Assembly (NCBI GenBank): GCA_024228555.1 | Contig: JAAETI010000489.1 | Coordinates: forward strand, 8,332 to 72,331 | Reading direction: 5' to 3' | From: a bacterium | GTDB lineage: Bacteria; Actinomycetota; Acidimicrobiia; Spongiisociales; UBA5794 | Length of the DNA: 64,000 bases | Part shown: piece by piece, positions 57,098 to 64,000 of the stretch | Numbering within the stretch: position 1 is the first letter of the stretch | Layout of the letters: every line of letters begins with the position of its first letter | Position numbers and translations under genes: made by a program | Notes under the pieces: model-generated | Seen by the model: only the letters and a program-made list of their open reading frames with translations | What the model was told of the DNA's origin: nothing | The model's database searches: none

Positions 57098-58672
57098 TCA
57101 GTTCGTGGGCGGGGCCACTCCAAGCGCCGCTTGGAGTTCCTCCACGGTGACGCCGAGAGTCTCGGCAGCGGCCCGGAAGTCCGGCGGCGGTTCGCCGAGT
57201 GCGGCCATCAGCTCCTGCTGGGTCACTCCTAGGGCATCGGCTGCCGCAGCCAGATCGGGGCCATCGCCTCCAGGTGCACCACCCTGGCTGCCGGCGTCGG
57301 ATGGCGGGGCCACCGCGCCGTTGCCAGATGCCTCAACAACAACGTCGGACAACCCAAGGGTCTCCGGGCCGTCACCTTCGGACGGAGCGACGTCACCGCC
57401 GGTCACACACAACGCATAGTTGTCGCTGCGGATCGCATCCCCTTGAGGTCCGCGACCGAACTCAAATGTCTCCGTGTTGGTCTTGGGGTCGCTGCGCTGG
57501 GCGCCAGCGCCATGAACATCTATCCAACTGTCCCCCATGTAGCCAAGAGCACGGCCGAAGGAGATGTAGGTAGCCGCTGTCACGTTGCTCGGGTAGCTGA
57601 TAAACGTTGTGCTGCTCCAGTAGAAGCCCCAGTCCGTCTCCCCGGCTTCGTTGGTGATCGGAGACAGGGTGAACAGTTGGTCGATGGCAGGGCTATCGGT
57701 TGTATCCGGCGAGCGTTCGTAGTCGATGATGCTGTGCAGCTCCTTGATGTTGGGAAGACGCCAGTCGTCCGATCCTCCCAAGGTCAGGTCGTTGCAGTAG
57801 TTGAGCGCACCTTCCCAGTCGTAGGTCTCGCCGTTGTCGCCCTGGGTCCAGGTCAGGCCGGTGGCGCTGTCGCTGATAGTGCCATCGCCGCTGTCGGCAT
57901 AGTCGTTGACACCGTACGAACCTTCGCCACGAACGTACTGTGCGAAGTAGCCACCATTCGGTGACGCTTCGACGGGGTAGCACTTGATCCGGCCGTCAGA
58001 GAAGTTGAACCCGAAAAAGCAGCTCTGGTTTCCGTTGACCGTCGAGGTGTAGACAGTGCTGGATAGCCATTGCGCATCGATCACCCGGTTGCTTCCCGTT
58101 TCGTCGCCATAGAGGAATACAAAGTAGTCCTCGTCGATGAACGGCCGGAGTCCATCCACATCACTTGATTCGGCCCCACCGACATCCACGCCACTGAACA
58201 ACGCCAGCGAGTACAGCTCCTTGATCGTTGGTAGACGCCAGTCGTCGTATCCGGCAAAGGTATAGGTCTCCAGGTCGTCCATCGCGTCGGCGTAGTAGGT
58301 CTTGTCTCCGGCATCCTGGATCCACATCAGACCGGTGTTGAGATCGGTGACCGTTCCGTCGCCATTGTCCTGATAGGACGGCTGCACACCTTCATATTGG
58401 GCGTCCTGGCCGCTGAACTCATCGCCACATTCGATCACTTCGTCATCGGAGAAGCACCAGGTCTGGTCGGTGTCCACCACCTGATAGGCCAACCCGGCGC
58501 CAGACTCGGAACCAACCCCAGGGTCATCTCCGCTGCCGGAAACCTCACTCGCTGCGGTGGTCTCGGTTGCCGCTGAGGAAGCAGTGGATTCGGAGTCGTC
58601 GCCGCCGCAAGCCGCAGCGAACAGCACCAATACAAGGATCAGTAATCCGAGAGTGCCGGATCGGGAATACAT
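57098..58672 (-). CDS. DUF1566 (Lcl C-terminal-like) domain lipoprotein, two copies
   Basis: Lipobox FAAAC; DNGDGTVTDLNTGLMW...DWRLPTIKEL and DGTISDSATGLTW...DWRLPNIKEL; C-terminal AAxxLGVT.xEL repeat. Confidence 0.88.
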   Translation of the reverse strand: MYSRSGTLGLLILVLVLFAAACGGDDSESTASSAATETTAASEVSGSGDDPGVGSESGAGLAYQVVDTDQTWCFSDDEVIECGDEFSGQDAQYEGVQPSYQDNGDGTVTDLNTGLMWIQDAGDKTYYADAMDDLETYTFAGYDDWRLPTIKELYSLALFSGVDVGGAESSDVDGLRPFIDEDYFVFLYGDETGSNRVIDAQWLSSTVYTSTVNGNQSCFFGFNFSDGRIKCYPVEASPNGGYFAQYVRGEGSYGVNDYADSGDGTISDSATGLTWTQGDNGETYDWEGALNYCNDLTLGGSDDWRLPNIKELHSIIDYERSPDTTDSPAIDQLFTLSPITNEAGETDWGFYWSSTTFISYPSNVTAATYISFGRALGYMGDSWIDVHGAGAQRSDPKTNTETFEFGRGPQGDAIRSDNYALCVTGGDVAPSEGDGPETLGLSDVVVEASGNGAVAPPSDAGSQGGAPGGDGPDLAAAADALGVTQQELMAALGEPPPDFRAAAETLGVTVEELQAALGVAPPTN

Positions 58673-58793
58673 CGTGTTCTCCAGGCTTCATCGTGGGCGG
58701 CCACCCAATCACAACGGGAAGCCGCTTTGTCCCGAAGGTACGACCCCGCCCTCAGTGGAGACTGGTCGCTACCTTAGCGATTCCTCAGGTTCG

Positions 58794-59110
58794 TCAGCGG
58801 TCATCGGTGGAGGCAAGTGGGAGTGCGATCTGGGCGGTGACCCCTCCCAGGGGGTGTTTGGTGGATCTGGACCTCACCACCGTGAGACAGCACGACCTCA
58901 CGGACGACGGCGAGCCCGAGTCCGTGATCAACCACCAAGACCAAGGCTCTCCCGCCCGATTAGCTCCTCGAGATCGGCGTCGACTCCGGCGTGTGGGCGA
59001 CGGCATTGGCAATGAGATTCTCAATGGCCCGGCGCAACCACACATAGTCGTCCTCAACCACGACAGAGCCCGACGCCTCGGTAGCAACAAGCCTCCCTGC
59101 CACCGAGCCC
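58794..59110 (-). pseudogene. Remnant of a histidine kinase HATPase_c domain
   Basis: LRRAIENLIANAVAHTP (N-box), then a frameshift to LVVDHG fused directly to LGLAVVREVVLSHGGEV (segment between G1 and G2 missing), then a frameshift to GGVTAQIALP. Confidence 0.75.
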
Positions 59111-59170
59111 CTCTGTGAACGAACTGGCTCCACTCTGGCCGAGCTACCGCTGCCAGCTGACCTGGAGGGT

Positions 59171-61888
59171 TCACCCGGTCGAGCCGAGACCGCCTGCGAT
59201 GGCGTTGACGGTCTCGATCAGTTCGCTGAGGAGTGCTTCATCGGCTGGAGCGGCACGCCACTCCCGGATCAGCCGGACCTGACGTTCGTGAAGAGGACGC
59301 AACGCAGGTGCACGCAATTCGAGGGTCCTCGATATGTTCGGACGACGCACCCGCAGCGGGCCTCCGTAGATCTCCTCGAGAATCGCCATCGTGCGCTGTC
59401 GCTCGTCCAGAATCGGATCCAGAAAGGTGTCGCGCAGGTCCATATCATCGACAAGACCTGCGTACGTCCGCATCACGTCGGGGTCGGAAGTCGCGATGCT
59501 GGTGGCGGCGTTGCTGATCACGTAGTGAAGCGGTGGCCAGTCGAAGACGTTACCCAATAGCCGGGTGTATTGAGCGCCGTCCCTGGATCGCAGATCCGCA
59601 AGCGCCGAACCGAGCCCGTACCACCCCGACAGGTAATAACGGGACTGACTCCACGCAAACACCCACGGGATCGCACGGAGATCGGCCATCGTCGGTTGAC
59701 CGGTTCTACGTGCCGGCCGCGACCCAATACTGCTTCGTTCGATCACATCAACAGGCGTGGCCTGCCGAAAGAAGTCTACGAATCGATCCCCCTGCAAGAG
59801 GTCCACATATGCGTCCCGGCTCCACGCCGCAAGCTGGTCCATGACGGGTTCGAGGTCGTGCGGCGTCACCCGGGTCGCCTGCGTGCCAATCGCCGCACCG
59901 GCCGCACCGGCCAACAGCAGCTCGAGGTGCCGCTCCGCGGTTATCAGATTGGCATACTTCTGGGCAACAGTTTCGCCCTGCTCGGTCAAGCGGAGCACGC
60001 CCGTCATCGACCCAGGCGGTAGCGCCCTGAGGAACCGGTGAGTTGGACCCGCACCGCGGCTGATAGTGCCGCCACGGCCATGGAAGAAACAGATTTCCAC
60101 CCCCGCCGACTCGGCAACACCGGCAAGAGCTTCCTGCGCCCGGTACAGACCCCACTGGCTCGCCAGAATGCCACCATCCTTGTTGCTGTCGCTGTAGCCA
60201 ATCATGACCTGCTGCAATGGAGCCGATCCGTCCGCCGCTTGTGCGTCGAGGGTGCGTCGGGTCAGAGGGTGCCCCAGGAATCCCTCGAGAATCCGTGGAC
60301 TCGCGGCAAGATCATCGATCGTTTCGAACAGCGGCACCACCGGGATCAGACATCGCGGACCCGAGTCATCCACCACGACCAGCCCCGCCTCCTTCGCAAG
60401 GACATAGACGGCAAGGAGATCCGATACATCCCGCGTCATCGAGACAATGAGGCTGCCTAGACCATCGGCACCGCGCTCGTCGATGTGCTGTCGGAGCACC
60501 CTGAAACACGAGAGCACCGCCTCGGCCTCGGGACCGCGTTGGGCGTCTGGCGCAGAGAGCGGCCGCGACGACACCAGTTCCGCGGACAGGAGGTCGAGAC
60601 GAGACTGCTCGTCCCACTCGCCGAAAGACTCCCCATCGGGGATCCCGGCTGCCGCAAGCAACTGGCCAACAGCTAGATCGTGGAAACGGCTGTTCTGCCG
60701 AATGTCGAGCTTGGCGAGGTGAAACCCAAACGCTTGCACAAACCGGACGACCGAATCGAGATCATGCCGCGCCAACCGGTCGGCGCCAACAGCGGAGAGC
60801 CACTCGCCGAGGCGGGCGAGGTCGGTCAGCGCCTCTGATGCACTCTTTATGGGATTGGCGGCGTCGCCGCCGGGGAGTCGGGCGCGAATGAGGTTGACGC
60901 ACTGTCGGAAGGACTCCTCGGGATTGCGTTCTACGGCACGTTGGCCCGCCGCCCCGGCCGCTTCGGCGGTCGCCACTATCCACTCAGACATGTCGTTCGG
61001 GATCTCGTGAAGCAGATTGGAGAGACTGAGCCCCACCGCAAGCTTGCGTAGAGCCTCATCAAGGAGCGCTACGGCCTCATTGTGCAGATGGTCGAGCGTT
61101 CGCCCCGTGACCTCAGCCGTTACAAACGGATGCCCATCACGGTCGCCTCCGACCCACGTGCCGAACGAAACTCGAGGCAGTGCTCGGGTTGTGAGCAACA
61201 TCGGATCGAACTCGGCGTCTTCCCAAGCGAAGCCCAATCGGTCGTCGAGGCGCCCGATAACCTCGGGGAAGACTCGCACGAGGTAGTGAACAACGTTGCG
61301 GAGTTCGTCGGCCACGTCGGGACGTTCGAGAAAGATCTCACCCGTTCTCCATAGGCGTTCGAGTTCCGCTCGGATGTCACGCTCAATGCCGAGGCGTTCC
61401 TCGTTCGTCCACATCTGATTCTCGCGCTCAACGAGTCGCAGGTAAATGTTTCTGTATTCTTCGAGCACAGTCGCCCGCTTGGCCTCTGTGGGGTGTGCGG
61501 TGAGCACCGCCTCGACAGCAATGCCGGCGAGACCCTGCGCAATCGCGTTTGCATCGTGACCAGCCGCCTTGAGATCCGCCAGCATGCGACCCCACAGTCC
61601 CGAAACGGACTCCAGGCCAGATTCGTCCTGGAGCCGCCGCTTGTGCTGGGCCGAAGCATTCTCCTCAGCAAGAGTGGCCAGCCGAAACGCTATCGACAAC
61701 GCCTGCGTGAGGCGACGCTGGTCCACGTCACCGGCGACACCTGGCGTGGATTCTCGCCATGGAAGCGCCGCGGCAACATCACCGAACCCGAGATCGCCCA
61801 ATACCTCGCAAAAGGAATCAAGGAGAAAGGCGAAGTCATCGTCGACTTTATTCTGGTCGAGCGTCAGCGGTGCAGGTACTTGGGACAT
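59171..61888 (-). CDS. ppc: Phosphoenolpyruvate carboxylase
   Basis: VLTAHPTE, WVGGDRDGHP, QQVMIGYSDSNKDGG, FHGRGGTISRG, LRAIPWVFAW, GLGSTG. Confidence 0.97.
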   Translation of the reverse strand: MSQVPAPLTLDQNKVDDDFAFLLDSFCEVLGDLGFGDVAAALPWRESTPGVAGDVDQRRLTQALSIAFRLATLAEENASAQHKRRLQDESGLESVSGLWGRMLADLKAAGHDANAIAQGLAGIAVEAVLTAHPTEAKRATVLEEYRNIYLRLVERENQMWTNEERLGIERDIRAELERLWRTGEIFLERPDVADELRNVVHYLVRVFPEVIGRLDDRLGFAWEDAEFDPMLLTTRALPRVSFGTWVGGDRDGHPFVTAEVTGRTLDHLHNEAVALLDEALRKLAVGLSLSNLLHEIPNDMSEWIVATAEAAGAAGQRAVERNPEESFRQCVNLIRARLPGGDAANPIKSASEALTDLARLGEWLSAVGADRLARHDLDSVVRFVQAFGFHLAKLDIRQNSRFHDLAVGQLLAAAGIPDGESFGEWDEQSRLDLLSAELVSSRPLSAPDAQRGPEAEAVLSCFRVLRQHIDERGADGLGSLIVSMTRDVSDLLAVYVLAKEAGLVVVDDSGPRCLIPVVPLFETIDDLAASPRILEGFLGHPLTRRTLDAQAADGSAPLQQVMIGYSDSNKDGGILASQWGLYRAQEALAGVAESAGVEICFFHGRGGTISRGAGPTHRFLRALPPGSMTGVLRLTEQGETVAQKYANLITAERHLELLLAGAAGAAIGTQATRVTPHDLEPVMDQLAAWSRDAYVDLLQGDRFVDFFRQATPVDVIERSSIGSRPARRTGQPTMADLRAIPWVFAWSQSRYYLSGWYGLGSALADLRSRDGAQYTRLLGNVFDWPPLHYVISNAATSIATSDPDVMRTYAGLVDDMDLRDTFLDPILDERQRTMAILEEIYGGPLRVRRPNISRTLELRAPALRPLHERQVRLIREWRAAPADEALLSELIETVNAIAGGLGSTG

Positions 61889-62116
61889 ACAGCAACTCTA
61901 AAGCGGTGAGATCCGCCACCGAGACGGTGCGAGCGACCGGCCACAGCGCTTGTACAGGCGTCGCCGGGTGTCTAGCCCGTTCGGGGCCCGTGGATATCAC
62001 CCTCAATCATTTTCGCCATTTTGCCGACATAGACCGAATGCGAACTATCAGTGGACATACACGGTGATCTCTCGATGAACCCGACGTCCGCACACTCGAT
62101 ACTCTTGGGGGAGACG

Positions 62117-63556
62117 ATGACAACGCATCAGCCCGAACGGGCACGACAAGGCCTGACCTGGTTCAGTACCAGTTTCGCGATTGTGGCCGTGATGGCCATG
62201 GTGGCGGCACTCGTAGCACCCAGCGATGGAGCAACAACCGCAGCTAGTCCTGACAGCCTGTCATTGTCGATGGTCGAGCTGCTTGGCGACGAGACCGGCA
62301 GCGACGCCATCTCACTGTTCGAACTCAGCGACGACGTATTGTCGCACTCTCAGATGGCGGATGGCGGCGACGGCAGCGGCGTCGATGTCGCTCTGATCGA
62401 TTCAGGTGTTGCCCCCGTCGAAGGTCTCGACGTCGACAATGTGTTGCATGGGCCCGATCTCTCTTCTGAGGGCGCCTACCCCGAGGTCGCGTACCTCGAC
62501 ACGTTCGGTCACGGCACCCACATGGCTGGCATCATCGCCGGTCGTCGCGCCGGTGACGAAGGTATCGCTCCCGGCGCCCGTATCGTCAGCGTGAAGGTCG
62601 CCGGCGAAGACGGTGTCACCTCGGTTGGCCAGGTCGTGGCCGCCATCGACTGGGTCGTGGAGCACCGCAACACCGACGGCTTGAACATCCGGGTCCTCAA
62701 CCTCTCGTTGGGTCAAGCCGGAGTGTCCAATCATGAAGGCGACGCATTGTCCGCCGCTGTCGAACGAGCCTGGAACGCCGGCATCTTCGTCGTCGTGGCC
62801 GCAGGCAACAGCGGCCTATACCAGACCCACCTCGATTCCCCGGCTGTCGACCCCTTCGTCCTGGCTGTCGGCGCCGTCGACTCCAACACCAGCTCCAGGT
62901 CGCGATATCAGACCCCGACGGCCTGGACCGCCCAAGGCGACGGGAACCGCAACCCCGACCTCGTGGCCCCCGGCCGCTCCATCGCTTCGTACCGGGTCCC
63001 CGGCTCCACCGTTGACAACGCAGCACCGTCAGCCCGCTACGGAGACGACCTGTTCCTCGGATCGGGCACCAGCCAGGCTGCTGCTGTCATGAGTGGCATT
63101 GCCGCCCGTCTCCTCGAGGACAACCCCAGCATGAAGCCGGTCGAACTGAAGCAGACGCTCAAGTCAGCATCAAGAACCTCGATGTCCAACGAGGCCATCA
63201 TGGGCGAGGGTGCCATCCACGGCGGGATCGCCTGGAGACAGCCCAGCTACGGCGCATCCGCCCAAAGCCACCGGACCGCAGCAGGTCCTGGAACCGGTAT
63301 TGCCACCCCCACCGGCGCCACCTGGTCCGGCGGCACCTGGTCCGGAACATCGTGGTCCGGAGCAACCTGGTCCGGAACATCGTGGTCCGGAGCAACCTGG
63401 TCCGGAACATCGTGGTCAGGGACATCGTGGTCCGGGACATCGTGGTCCGGAGCAACCTGGTCAGGGACATCGTGGTCCGGAGCAACCTGGTCAGGAACAT
63501 CGTGGTCAGGGACATCGTGGTCCGGAGCAACGTGGTCCGGTTCCGGTTGGGAATAG
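62117..63556 (+). CDS. S8 (subtilase) serine peptidase with C-terminal GxxWS repeat tail
   Basis: Triad VALIDSG, GHGTHMAGII, GTSQAAA; N-terminal hydrophobic segment. ATG at 62117 after GGGGAG. Confidence 0.92.
   Translation: MTTHQPERARQGLTWFSTSFAIVAVMAMVAALVAPSDGATTAASPDSLSLSMVELLGDETGSDAISLFELSDDVLSHSQMADGGDGSGVDVALIDSGVAPVEGLDVDNVLHGPDLSSEGAYPEVAYLDTFGHGTHMAGIIAGRRAGDEGIAPGARIVSVKVAGEDGVTSVGQVVAAIDWVVEHRNTDGLNIRVLNLSLGQAGVSNHEGDALSAAVERAWNAGIFVVVAAGNSGLYQTHLDSPAVDPFVLAVGAVDSNTSSRSRYQTPTAWTAQGDGNRNPDLVAPGRSIASYRVPGSTVDNAAPSARYGDDLFLGSGTSQAAAVMSGIAARLLEDNPSMKPVELKQTLKSASRTSMSNEAIMGEGAIHGGIAWRQPSYGASAQSHRTAAGPGTGIATPTGATWSGGTWSGTSWSGATWSGTSWSGATWSGTSWSGTSWSGTSWSGATWSGTSWSGATWSGTSWSGTSWSGATWSGSGWE
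63314..63553 (+). repeat. 16 tandem 15-bp coding repeats (GATWS/GTSWS pentapeptides)
   Basis: Direct read of tandem units GG(A/G)(GCAACC/ACATCG)TGGTC(C/A) with no spacers. Confidence 0.95.
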
Positions 63557-63674
63557 CATCAAGGATGCCTCGGATTGACCTGGGCCAGCATGAGTATGAA
63601 GCCGATCGAATCCGATAAGGCAACGCTGGAATAGAAATACCGCCAATCACGCAAGAAGCGTCGGACAAAACAGC

Positions 63675-63703
63675 AAGACCCGGATCGTGATGATCCGGGT
63701 CTT
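63675..63703. terminator. 12-bp hairpin downstream of the S8 gene
   Basis: AAGACCCGGATC-GTGAT-GATCCGGGTCTT. Confidence 0.65.
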
Positions 63704-64000
63704 CGTTGTGGTTGGGTGGGACTTGCACTCACCTTGCCGACACCCTTCGACGTAGCCGGATGTCGAGGACCCGAAGACTTCCAGGCATGTATACGACCTG
63801 TGGTAGCGGTCTACCTCGACCTCGGCCGTCGCCAGTCTCTCGGTTCTGATCTCTGTTGCCTCCTCGTCGGCACAGCGCATTGACACACAGACCTCGAACC
63901 GTTGGAACACTTGTCGCCCCAAGACCGGTGTCGAGTGTGCACGATCGCCTGCGGTGGGGGCAACCGTTCGTGACCACCTTGGTCAGTACAGCTGGGGTCC

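Noticed and set aside
63314-63553. CRISPR array
   Set aside because: Units are 15-bp contiguous in-frame coding repeats with no unique spacers, and there are no cas genes.
48590-64000. Integrated prophage/ICE at tRNA-Phe
   Set aside because: No integrase, transposase or phage genes, and I found no duplicated tRNA-Phe 3' end (att site) by eye. The region is called accessory only from gene content and remnants.
63700-64000. tRNA-like T-arm (GTGAG-TGCAAGT-CCCAC on the minus strand) or short ORFs at the right edge
   Set aside because: The stem has a mismatch, there is no D or anticodon arm, and the ORFs lack motifs and RBS.

Overview
High-GC (~63% by eye) bacterial window. Gene content and style suggest an Actinomycetota member, probably Acidimicrobiia-like (inference from DivIVA-domain proteins, a tRNA-Glu-Asp-Phe cluster and Thr-rich-linker lipoproteins). 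Left to right: a partial OFA-type MFS transporter; a three-gene unit (sensor kinase, 2183-aa Ig-repeat surface protein ending in a cytoplasmic cold-shock-like domain, CheY-like receiver); small accessory genes; a TetR-headed acyl-CoA/fatty-acid uptake and catabolism cluster (FabH-like enzyme, three acyl-CoA ligases, Liv-type ABC transporter, enoyl-CoA hydratase, MaoC, an internally deleted phaC); serA/serB-like genes; two tandem DivIVA-domain coiled-coil genes; a hairpin-dense intergenic region; central-carbon genes (pckA, fbaB, phosphohexomutase, acs, ppc); dps-fur; and three tRNAs followed by an accessory region. The strongest candidate for an undescribed system lies right after tRNA-Phe: two co-transcribed genes (50418-52316 and 48714-50408) each carry one complementary half of a single trypsin-like (Nal1-type S1) serine protease. 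The Asp and Ser are in the upstream gene and the His is in the downstream gene, and each half has a hydrophobic helix at the split point. Several gene remnants with apparent internal deletions were also found (phaC, SGNH-like, M3 peptidase, histidine kinase). No CRISPR array, transposase, integrase or rRNA was seen. All family assignments are motif recognition by eye, not database searches.
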